DNA of 40,629 nucleotides, taken from a virus. Numbering within the stretch: position 1 is the first letter of the stretch; the number at the start of each line of letters is the position of its first letter. A model generated the notes under the pieces. That model was not told where the DNA came from, did no database searches, and saw nothing but the letters and a program-made list of their open reading frames with translations. The stretch is from positions 1-40,629 of the IMG/VR virus record IMGVR_UViG_3300039008_000041. One strand, 5' to 3'. Positions 33,736 through 40,438 of the stretch are shown piece by piece. Position numbers and translations under genes: made by a program.

Positions 33736-34974
33736 CTACACCTCCGCTAATACTTCATCTCTGATTTCGTTCCATTGGTAGGTTTTACCGTCACGGATTA
33801 ATTGGATGTCGTATTTATCTAAGTTGTTATATCTTTTTACGATTACATCTACGTACTTCTCGTCCAGCTCCATTATAAAACTTGTTTTATTAGCCTGTAT
33901 AGCTCCAAGTAATGTAAACCCAGATCTACCGAATAAATCCAATACTGTATTGCTATCTGAGTGATTACTTAATGCTCTAGTTGCTAATTCAAAAGGCTTT
34001 TGTGTTGGGTGCTGATAATTACTGTCTTTTTTAACATTCCACAAGTCTGATTCATTTTTAATATTATCATCTATCTTTGCATTATATAGACAAAATTCAT
34101 GTTGATGTCTGTATCCATTACCCATTCCAAATACATTTTTAGCCCAAACAATACAACCTTTAAATTCTAGTAAGTTTTGCAATAATCCATAAAAAGACCA
34201 ATTACACCATATATAATAATGCTTTGGATTTATATATTTAACAACATCTATTACTTTAGAAATAAATTCTTTAAATTCATCATTGCTTAAATCATCATTT
34301 TTAATAATATCGTGTTTTCCGCTACGACCATTAAAAGAAACATTATAAGGTGGGTCAGTATTTATAATATCAATTTTATTCCCATTTAAAAGTTTATTAA
34401 CATCTTCTTTACTAGTACTATCGCCACACATTAAACGATGCTTTCCTAGTACCCAAACATCCCCTCTTTTAGAAAAAGGTTCTTGGTCTTCGTCTGCCTC
34501 TGGAACTTCACCTTCTTCTATTTCCTTTTCTAACTCAATTTTCAAGTCGCCAAGCTCTATATCGTCAAATCCTAACAAATCAATATCGAATGATAAATCG
34601 CCCAGGTGCTGAATTTCTACTGCTAGCATTTCTTCGTCCCATCCGGCGTTAAGTGCTAGCTTGTTATCTGCGATTACGTATGCTTTTTTTTGCGCGTCTG
34701 ATAGCCCCTCTATCTTAATGAATGGCACTGTGTTAATACCCATTGCTTTTAAAGCCATAACACGACCGTGTCCGGCGATGATAATGTCGCACTCATCGGT
34801 TAGAACTGGGTTAGTAAATCCCCATTCTTTTATTGAACTGATAATTTGTTGAACCTGTTTGTCGCTGTGTGTTCTTGAATTGTTTACGTATGGTACTAGA
34901 GTTTCCACTTCCATTATGTGGTCTTGCCCGAATCTTTGCACCATTTGTTGTTTAATTTGGTCTATTGTTAACAT
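33736..34974 (-). CDS. ParB-like nuclease domain fused to an N6-adenine/N4-cytosine DNA methyltransferase
   Basis: N-terminal ParB-N-like region (NSRTHSDKQVQQIISSIKEWGFTNPVL...GHGR), then IINTDPPYN (motif IV) and DLFGRSGFT (motif I). Confidence 0.8.
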   Translation of the reverse strand: MLTIDQIKQQMVQRFGQDHIMEVETLVPYVNNSRTHSDKQVQQIISSIKEWGFTNPVLTDECDIIIAGHGRVMALKAMGINTVPFIKIEGLSDAQKKAYVIADNKLALNAGWDEEMLAVEIQHLGDLSFDIDLLGFDDIELGDLKIELEKEIEEGEVPEADEDQEPFSKRGDVWVLGKHRLMCGDSTSKEDVNKLLNGNKIDIINTDPPYNVSFNGRSGKHDIIKNDDLSNDEFKEFISKVIDVVKYINPKHYYIWCNWSFYGLLQNLLEFKGCIVWAKNVFGMGNGYRHQHEFCLYNAKIDDNIKNESDLWNVKKDSNYQHPTQKPFELATRALSNHSDSNTVLDLFGRSGFTLLGAIQANKTSFIMELDEKYVDVIVKRYNNLDKYDIQLIRDGKTYQWNEIRDEVLAEV

Positions 34975-34994
34975 CTTTTTATGATCCTCGTAAA

Positions 34995-35039
34995 TTTAAC
35001 CTATGCTAATATTATAATATATTTTTGAGACAATTACAA
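34995..35039 (-). promoter_or_regulatory. Promoter for the methyltransferase-terminase-portal operon, with a leader variant
   Basis: Minus strand: TTGTAA (35034-35039), 17-nt spacer, TATAAT (35011-35016), 8 nt, then AGGTTAAA (34995-35002). Confidence 0.55.
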
Positions 35040-35040
35040 A

Positions 35041-35079
35041 TAAAAAACCCCTTTTTTCATCGCGAAAGAGGTTTTTATA
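35041..35079 (-). terminator. Intrinsic terminator ending the minus-strand early operon
   Basis: Minus strand: AACCTCTTT-cgcgatg-AAAGGGGTT followed by a T-run. The G-U pair exists only in the minus-strand RNA. Confidence 0.7.
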
Positions 35080-35131
35080 CAATATTTTAGTTATAATTTA
35101 TAATAGTATTTTTATAATGGTAAGTAAAGCA

Positions 35132-35347
35132 TTATTTAAATATTTTTAGCTTATTGAAAACTCTGCGTATTACGTAACTTCTTACTAGAGATATTACTGT
35201 AAAAACTACGGCTATTACGATGCTATCTTCCGGGGTTACGTTATAACCAAACATTGGCAGAACTATTAAGTTTGAAATTGTTGCAACTGTAAAACCGATT
35301 AGAATGTTTGTTATACTTTCCAGTAGGCTATCTAATTTACTTTGCAT
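35132..35347 (-). CDS. Small two-span membrane protein
   Basis: Hydrophobic segments ILIGFTVATISNLIVLPMF and IVIAVVFTVISLV. Confidence 0.6.
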   Translation of the reverse strand: MQSKLDSLLESITNILIGFTVATISNLIVLPMFGYNVTPEDSIVIAVVFTVISLVRSYVIRRVFNKLKIFK

Positions 35348-35565
35348 TATTTACCATCCTTTGCCGCATTTTGAGCAAAAGGAGCACAGTCTTCTATAAA
35401 ACTTTCAGGAAGTCTAACCTCGTATATAAGCTGGGTTACTCCATTTTTTCCTGTTATTAACTCTTTTTTACTGTTCGTATAAGCTTTAAGCACTAAACTG
35501 TGCAATAAAAGCTCCATCTTTTCTTTTTCTTTATCTTTAAATAGGTTTTTAATGAATCGTAGCAT
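35347..35565 (-). CDS. Hypothetical protein
   Basis: I prefer the start at 35565 (MLRFIKNLF...) because AAGGAG lies 7 nt upstream. The track start at 35595 lacks an RBS. Confidence 0.55.
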   Translation of the reverse strand: MLRFIKNLFKDKEKEKMELLLHSLVLKAYTNSKKELITGKNGVTQLIYEVRLPESFIEDCAPFAQNAAKDGK

Positions 35566-35725
35566 TTTCTTTCTCCTTTTTTGCATATTCGGCATGGGTT
35601 ATTTTAATAAACATTTTAAATCCGTGGTGTTGGAAGTTATGTTCTACTTTGTAATCCTCTGTTGTTGTTTTAAAATGCTCTTCTACATCTTGCATTATGA
35701 TTAGCATTGCTTGTTCGTATGTCAT
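35549..35725 (-). CDS. Hypothetical protein
   Basis: I prefer the start at 35725 (MTYEQAM...) with RBS aaagggga. The track start at 35782 overlaps the upstream gene. Confidence 0.55.
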   Translation of the reverse strand: MTYEQAMLIIMQDVEEHFKTTTEDYKVEHNFQHHGFKMFIKITHAEYAKKEKENATIH

Positions 35726-35735
35726 TTTATCCCCT

Positions 35736-35966
35736 TTACATCCAACTCTGTATTTTATAACCACACTCCAATGGATTAGCATCTAAACTATTATTTTGCA
35801 ACAGCTTAAATTGTCCATTAGAGAATACTGCAGGCGTTGTTATGCTATCCATAATACAGCCAAGACCTTTTTCTTTGTAATCAAAGCCATTATTTCTAAT
35901 TAATAATAAAATTACATGTTGTCCGTCTTGTGGGAGTTCGTTAAACTGTATCGCTAACTTTGCCAT
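35736..35966 (-). CDS. Hypothetical protein
   Basis: ORF with RBS GAGGG 7 nt upstream. Confidence 0.55.
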   Translation of the reverse strand: MAKLAIQFNELPQDGQHVILLLIRNNGFDYKEKGLGCIMDSITTPAVFSNGQFKLLQNNSLDANPLECGYKIQSWM

Positions 35967-35969
35967 TAT

Positions 35970-36182
35970 CTAACCCTCTATTTTAGTTTTTATTTCTATT
36001 TTTCTAACACCTAACAGCTCATTTAAAGTTTTAATACTTTTAGATGCCGTTACGTGCAAATCCATCATCTCCATCAGCTTTCTGTCAGTTTCTATTTGTT
36101 TAAGGATATTATTTGCCAGAATTTCTTCTAGCTTTTCTACTCTTTTTTCTAGACTGCTAATAGATATTTCTAATCTATCCAT
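35970..36182 (-). CDS. Small coiled-coil protein
   Basis: Heptad-like LEKRVEKLEEILANNILKQIE. RBS AAAGGA. Confidence 0.55.
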   Translation of the reverse strand: MDRLEISISSLEKRVEKLEEILANNILKQIETDRKLMEMMDLHVTASKSIKTLNELLGVRKIEIKTKIEG

Positions 36183-36252
36183 TGCTATTTTTCCTTTCTT
36201 TATGCCCCTGTTATTTATCCTGCCGGGGCTTGCAGTTTTTGTTTAGAGGGAA

Positions 36253-36405
36253 TTAAAACCAACTAACGCCGAACCATATAAAAGTTCCGTGGATTACTCC
36301 AAGCGGTGCTAATAAAACATGTAGCACTATCATTGCTAGCCACTCTGTGTTAGATAAACAGTAGATTAAACTTGTTAAATACGAAGTTACAATCCAAAAA
36401 ATCAT
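36253..36405 (-). CDS. 50-aa two-span membrane peptide (not in the ORF track)
   Basis: Translates as MIFWIVTSYLTSLIYCLSNTEWLAMIVLHVLLAPLGVIHGTFIWFGVSWF. An alternative GTG start lies at 36417. Confidence 0.4.
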   Translation of the reverse strand: MIFWIVTSYLTSLIYCLSNTEWLAMIVLHVLLAPLGVIHGTFIWFGVSWF

Positions 36406-36430
36406 TAAAATATGCACTTTATTTTCTTTC

Positions 36431-36706
36431 TTATTTATTTAGTTTATAGATACCTTTGCGACCTTTAACAGAAGTAAAAAAAGGTTTTTTAAGTAAGGAC
36501 ATATTATAAAGCTTTGCATTTAGCTGATCTTTAGTCTTTTTATCTTTAAATCTTCTATAATATCCGACTGTTACCTCATCTAAACTTAAATCCCTATTTG
36601 CTATCTCAAATAATTCTATTAACCTTTTACCTATTTTATCAGAATTTAAATCTTTTAATATGTATTCAGGTAGGTCATCTTTGTTTTCTAAATCAAATAT
36701 ATTCAT
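36431..36706 (-). CDS. Hypothetical protein
   Basis: ORF directly downstream of ssb. No motif recognised. Confidence 0.55.
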   Translation of the reverse strand: MNIFDLENKDDLPEYILKDLNSDKIGKRLIELFEIANRDLSLDEVTVGYYRRFKDKKTKDQLNAKLYNMSLLKKPFFTSVKGRKGIYKLNK

Positions 36707-36722
36707 TTTTTAGCTTCTCTCC

Positions 36723-37139
36723 TTAGAATGGGATATCGTCGTCGAAGTCTGGCTCTTCTGACTCTACTTGGTTGCTCTGTGAATCTTCTACTCCGGACTT
36801 ACCTAGCATAACCATTTGTCCGCCGAAAGGTTGGACTGCGATTTCTGTTGTGTACCTTTCTACACCCTCTTTATCTGTCCATTGACGGGTTTGAAGTTTA
36901 CCCTCAAAGTATAGCTTATCTCCTTTTTTGCAATATTTTTCGATAACTTCCGCAAGCTTTCCGAACACCACCACGCGATGCCATTCTGTTTTATCTTGAC
37001 GTCCGCCGTCTTTTGAGTTCCAGCTCTCGGTTGTTGCGATTGTTAAGTTTGCGATTGCTTTGTTGTCGTTTGTGTATCTGATTTCGGGGTCTTTCCCAAG
37101 ATTACCAATTAATTGTACTTTATTTAGTGAACTAGCCAT
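36723..37139 (-). CDS. ssb: Single-stranded DNA-binding protein
   Basis: The OB-fold N-terminus [19 protein letters not shown]...[14 protein letters not shown] and the acidic tail DFDDDIPF are canonical. Confidence 0.9.
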   Translation of the reverse strand: MASSLNKVQLIGNLGKDPEIRYTNDNKAIANLTIATTESWNSKDGGRQDKTEWHRVVVFGKLAEVIEKYCKKGDKLYFEGKLQTRQWTDKEGVERYTTEIAVQPFGGQMVMLGKSGVEDSQSNQVESEEPDFDDDIPF

Positions 37140-37305
37140 TTTTCTTTTGCTCCTGTAAATATTTTAAAATTGTGATTTTTCGCACCAGCCTTTGCTCGCA
37201 AATACTTATCTCGTGCCTTTTACCCATATCTCTAAAAGTTTCGATTTCTGCTATTGTGCTTTCTATCTCTTCGCTTAGAGTTTCTATATATTTTTGATGG
37301 TTCAT
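37132..37305 (-). CDS. 57-aa helical protein, first ORF after promoter/leader copy D (not in the ORF track)
   Basis: Translates as [57 protein letters not shown]. It overlaps the ssb start. RBS aaaggt. Confidence 0.45.
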   Translation of the reverse strand: MNHQKYIETLSEEIESTIAEIETFRDMGKRHEISICEQRLVRKITILKYLQEQKKNG

Positions 37306-37324
37306 AGTTTTACCTTTCTTTTAT

Positions 37325-37368
37325 GTTAACCTTTCTTTTATTGTACTACTATTTTTTATAAAAGTAAA
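37325..37368 (-). promoter_or_regulatory. Phage promoter plus conserved leader, copy D (minus strand)
   Basis: Minus strand: TTTACT (37363-37368), 17-nt spacer, TACAAT (37340-37345), 7 nt, then AGGTTAAC (37325-37332). Confidence 0.55.
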
Positions 37369-37385
37369 GTATTTTTATAAAAAAG

Positions 37386-37637
37386 TTAGCTATTTCTTAT
37401 ATACATTAGCTGGCGGGCATCTTTACCTTCAGGAGTGTCTATTAATTCATAATTTTTTTGAAGATTGTCGATTGTGGTGGTTTGTGGTTTGTAATCTGGC
37501 GTTAGGCATTGATAGTGTCGTATTGCCTTACATTCGTAAGAATTGCCGCATATTCCTGGTTTATCGCTGTATATCTCGAACATTACAAACAATTTGCTTT
37601 TTGTCGTTTTGCTTTGGTATAATTTTACTTTACACAT
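37386..37637 (-). CDS. Hypothetical protein
   Basis: 83-aa ORF. No motif recognised. Confidence 0.5.
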   Translation of the reverse strand: MCKVKLYQSKTTKSKLFVMFEIYSDKPGICGNSYECKAIRHYQCLTPDYKPQTTTIDNLQKNYELIDTPEGKDARQLMYIRNS

Positions 37638-37695
37638 GGTCTTACCCTTTCGCTTTGTTTATCTTACTTTATTATAGATAAAAGCAAAAGTGAGT

Positions 37696-38133
37696 TTATG
37701 ACACGTAGCTGTATAGCTCTTCTTCTTTCTGCGGGCTGTTAATTAAAAAGTATTTAAAGCCTCGGCTCTCTATTTCTTTTTGGAATTCTACCTGATCCGG
37801 GGTTTGTTTGGTTTTGCCGATTATATTACCAGTTTTTCCAATACCCCACTTTTTAATCTCTACGAATATAACCTCTTTTTTAGATATTACAATTAAATCG
37901 CTTTGACCTTTGGTTAAGCCTTGACTTTGTATGTAACTAATAAATCCCATTCTCGCTTTTTGATTTCTGCCCATGAACATTAGCGCTATTGTTACATCGC
38001 TGCAGATTGTTATGCAGTTCTTTATCCTTAGCATTTTTACTATTCTTTGCTGTATCTTATGCTCGCTTACTGTTAGCACTACCTGCTTTGGAGTGACACT
38101 TTTTCTTTTAATTGCTGTGCTGTTTATATTCAT
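37696..38133 (-). CDS. VRR-NUC domain nuclease (PD-(D/E)xK superfamily)
   Basis: GQSDLIVISKKEVIFVEIKK...TPDQVEFQKEIESRGFKYFLI fits the VRR-NUC D...ExK...Q pattern. Confidence 0.6.
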   Translation of the reverse strand: MNINSTAIKRKSVTPKQVVLTVSEHKIQQRIVKMLRIKNCITICSDVTIALMFMGRNQKARMGFISYIQSQGLTKGQSDLIVISKKEVIFVEIKKWGIGKTGNIIGKTKQTPDQVEFQKEIESRGFKYFLINSPQKEEELYSYVS

Positions 38134-38180
38134 GTTAATCTCTTTTTTTGCGTTATTGTCCTATTATAGCATATTTTATG

Positions 38181-38209
38181 TTGACATGCCACCATTTGCC
38201 TGATAGTAT
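38181..38209 (+). promoter_or_regulatory. Near-consensus extended -10 promoter, face-to-face with a minus-strand promoter
   Basis: Plus strand: TTGACA (38181-38186), 17-nt spacer ending TGa, TAGTAT (38204-38209). On the minus strand, TTGATT (38225-38230), a 16-nt spacer and TACTAT (38203-38208) use almost the same -10 bases. Confidence 0.6.
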
Positions 38210-38215
38210 AAAAGT

Positions 38216-38318
38216 ATTCTAAAAAATCAATAACTAGGGATTTATCTCCTATCTGTTGCTTTTCTAGATGTTAACCTAAGGGCAGGGCTTGACCATTCGG
38301 GCTTTGCTCTTCTTTTTT
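38216..38318 (+). ncRNA. Candidate ~100-nt small RNA carrying an anti-leader sequence
   Basis: Begins about 7 nt after the 38204-38209 -10 box. There is no ORF. It ends in a 14-bp hairpin (38278-38291 / 38298-38311) with 5 G-U pairs that are valid only on the plus-strand RNA, followed by C + TTTTTT (38313-38318). Segment 38258-38277 is complementary to the conserved leader. Confidence 0.45.
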
Positions 38319-38498
38319 ATTTCATATCTTAATTATTGCCCTATTTTATGCTTGAATCATGCAATATAAACCATTTCTTCGACTATATACACGTTTTTAT
38401 GCAAAAATAATGCATAAGTCGGTTTTTGAAATAGTCAGTTTTTTATTTCCACCCGGCTCTATAAGGCTACAAGGTTAACAAATAGAAAGAGTTTAAAT

Positions 38499-38582
38499 AT
38501 GTACACACTAACAATCATCGCTACTTTATTAATTATTGATAGACTATTTTTTTCTGAAAAGGTCTTGAATTATAAAAAATAG
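38499..38582 (+). CDS. 27-aa hydrophobic peptide preceded by the conserved leader (copy E, 38472-38489)
   Basis: Translates as MYTLTIIATLLIIDRLFFSEKVLNYKK. AGGTTAACAAATAGAAAG lies 9 nt upstream of the ATG. Confidence 0.4.
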   Translation: MYTLTIIATLLIIDRLFFSEKVLNYKK

Positions 38583-38649
38583 TTATTATATTAAAATTGT
38601 AATAAAAATCTCCAAAGAGCGCCTACCTTAATCGGGGGCGACTTTTTTA

Positions 38650-38678
38650 TTGACAGCTTATTAAAACTAGTATAGCAT
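38650..38678 (+). promoter_or_regulatory. Candidate sigma70-type promoter
   Basis: TTGACA (38650-38655), 17-nt spacer, TAGCAT (38673-38678). Confidence 0.5.
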
Positions 38679-38686
38679 ATTTATAT

Positions 38687-38735
38687 GGGCTAGTTACCTC
38701 CTATTTTTATACAACACAATTACTATAGCTAGCCC
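38687..38735 (+). other. 10-bp RNA hairpin with a CCUCCU-initiated 29-nt loop
   Basis: GGGCTAGTTA (38687-38696) pairs with TATAGCTAGCCC (ending at 38735), including one G-U pair. The loop starts CCTCCT. A long T-run follows at 38760-38773. Confidence 0.3.
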
Positions 38736-38775
38736 TACCCCTTACCTTCTTTTAGCGGGTTTTTATTTTTTTTAG

Positions 38776-38804
38776 TTGACTTTAAGTAAAACTAATGGTA
38801 TACT
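38776..38804 (+). promoter_or_regulatory. Promoter of the replication-organiser operon
   Basis: TTGACT (38776-38781), 17-nt spacer, TATACT (38799-38804). RBS aaggag lies before the ATG at 38838. Confidence 0.6.
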
Positions 38805-38837
38805 TTTAGCATCTTATAAAAATAAGGAGTAAGTTAA

Positions 38838-39050
38838 ATGCAAGTAAATCAAGAAAAAACAATCAACCGTCTACATAACAGACATTATGCAAAAATAATA
38901 GACAAACTGGAGCAGGTTAATGCACCGGCAATTATTATTGACACGGTAAAACAGCAATTTTCCTTTTATACAAAGGATATCAAAGAGCAAGTATTAAGTA
39001 AAAGCAAGGATTATAAATATGAAAAACAAAACGACTATAACTCTCTATAA
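38838..39050 (+). CDS. Hypothetical protein
   Basis: First ORF after the 38776 promoter. Strong RBS. Confidence 0.6.
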   Translation: MQVNQEKTINRLHNRHYAKIIDKLEQVNAPAIIIDTVKQQFSFYTKDIKEQVLSKSKDYKYEKQNDYNSL

Positions 39051-39720
39051 AGATATTCAACCGCTTGTTAACATGATGACTAATGAGCAGGCTGGCATTC
39101 TTTTAAAATCAATATATAGTTACTCATGTGATGATATTATTCCAGAATGTGAAGATGTTATTGTTTCAAATACTTTTAAATTCATAAAAGAGAAGATGGA
39201 TGACCTAGATGCCAAATATAAGCAAAAGTCTGAGAAAAACAGGGCTAACGCTAATAAACGATGGGCTGACAATGCAACTAAAAGTAATAGTGATAATGCG
39301 ACCGCATTTTCTGGCGATGCGAACGCATGCGAACCGATGCCTACTGATACTAATACTGATACTGATGCTGATACTGATTTATTATCTAGCGATAATAAAG
39401 TATCTACAAAAAAACCAAGTGTTGATGAAATGAATTTTGCTTTTTCTAAATTCTGGGAGAACTATGGAAATAAAAAAGGGCGCGGTCATGCATTAAAGGC
39501 TTTTAATAAATTATCTGTTCATGATATCCAAAAAGTTTTAGACGTGGTTCAAAGTCCTGAATTTCAAAACCATCAAAAATCACTAATCAAAAAAAATGGA
39601 GACTTTAGAAAGCATCCGTCTACTTGGCTTAATGCCGAAGGGTGGAAAGATGAGCTTTCTATTCAAAACAAGCAAGCCCCAGCAATAACCATATTTCAAG
39701 ATAACGAAGAACCATTTTAA
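39019..39720 (+). CDS. Replisome-organiser / replication-initiation-like protein (DUF6291-like N-terminus plus FxxFWxxYG...KG C-terminal domain)
   Basis: MTNEQAGILLKSIYSY...KYKQKSEKNRANANKRW and FSKFWENYGNKKGRGHALKAFNKL resemble phage replication-organiser families. The two parts are joined by an acidic TDTNTDTDADTD linker. Confidence 0.5.
   Translation: MKNKTTITLYKDIQPLVNMMTNEQAGILLKSIYSYSCDDIIPECEDVIVSNTFKFIKEKMDDLDAKYKQKSEKNRANANKRWADNATKSNSDNATAFSGDANACEPMPTDTNTDTDADTDLLSSDNKVSTKKPSVDEMNFAFSKFWENYGNKKGRGHALKAFNKLSVHDIQKVLDVVQSPEFQNHQKSLIKKNGDFRKHPSTWLNAEGWKDELSIQNKQAPAITIFQDNEEPF
39317..39378 (+). repeat. Iteron-like direct repeats inside the replication-organiser gene
   Basis: ATGC(GAAC) occurs at 39317, 39327 and 39337 (10-bp phasing). 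Six tandem hexamers ACTGAT / ACTAAT / GCTGAT follow at 39343-39378. Confidence 0.6.
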
Positions 39721-39732
39721 GGAGTATAAAAA

Positions 39733-40374
39733 ATGTTAGATAAAAAAATCGTTTTTAACGGAATAGAAATGCTTTGTATTAATTTCAGCATAGATAAGAC
39801 CAAGAAGGAGATAAAAACGTTTTGTCGTTCTATTTATCCTATTCTGGAGAGTGAAAGCGTAACCAATGAAGAGTTCGGGAATGCTATTGTTGCTTTTATG
39901 AAGAAAACAAAGGGTTCTAATTTCAATAAAATACCAAGCGTAGGGGATTTCTTAGCAATAATTGGCAAAGCACCTAAAGACCCGGAGCAATTGGCTCAGG
40001 AACAGGCGATGCTTGTTTGGGAGGGTGGCTATACTTATGCTGATAAAGTTATTTTCGATAATCCAACAACTAATTACATTATTGAGCATTCTTTTGGTGG
40101 TCTGTCTAATTTCCGTTGGAAGTACCTTAATTCTCAAAATGAAAATATAATCGGCGACAACTGGGGAAGAAAAGAGTTTGTTTCGGCTTGGGTTACTGCT
40201 TACAAGGTTGGTAAAGAGAAAAAAAGCCCTTTGTGTAGTGATGCTAGCAGAATTGACAGCAAAATAAAAGTTATTGGCAATCCTGAAAAGGTTGTTTTAA
40301 TGCTGGAGAATAAGCCTGAAAATAATAAAACAAATGAATCAGTTAAACTTTTAAGTGAAAAAATGAAAATATAA
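39733..40374 (+). CDS. Hypothetical protein (replication-module neighbour)
   Basis: 213-aa ORF with RBS aaggag. No motif recognised. Confidence 0.6.
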   Translation: MLDKKIVFNGIEMLCINFSIDKTKKEIKTFCRSIYPILESESVTNEEFGNAIVAFMKKTKGSNFNKIPSVGDFLAIIGKAPKDPEQLAQEQAMLVWEGGYTYADKVIFDNPTTNYIIEHSFGGLSNFRWKYLNSQNENIIGDNWGRKEFVSAWVTAYKVGKEKKSPLCSDASRIDSKIKVIGNPEKVVLMLENKPENNKTNESVKLLSEKMKI

Positions 40375-40375
40375 C

Positions 40376-40431
40376 TTGACTTTAGGTAAAGCATGAATTA
40401 AGCTAATATATAGGTTAACAAATAGAAAGGT
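40376..40431 (+). promoter_or_regulatory. Phage promoter plus conserved leader, copy F
   Basis: TTGACT (40376-40381), 17-nt spacer, TAAGCT (40399-40404), 7 nt, then AGGTTAACAAATAGAAAGGT (40412-40431). The ATG is at 40439. Confidence 0.6.
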
Positions 40432-40438
40432 AAATAAA

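Noticed and set aside
35091-35118. Three TTATAAT boxes just downstream of the 35132-35347 gene
   Set aside because: This is an AT-rich spacer next to a terminator. No plus-strand gene lies downstream and there is no matching -35. Probably compositional.
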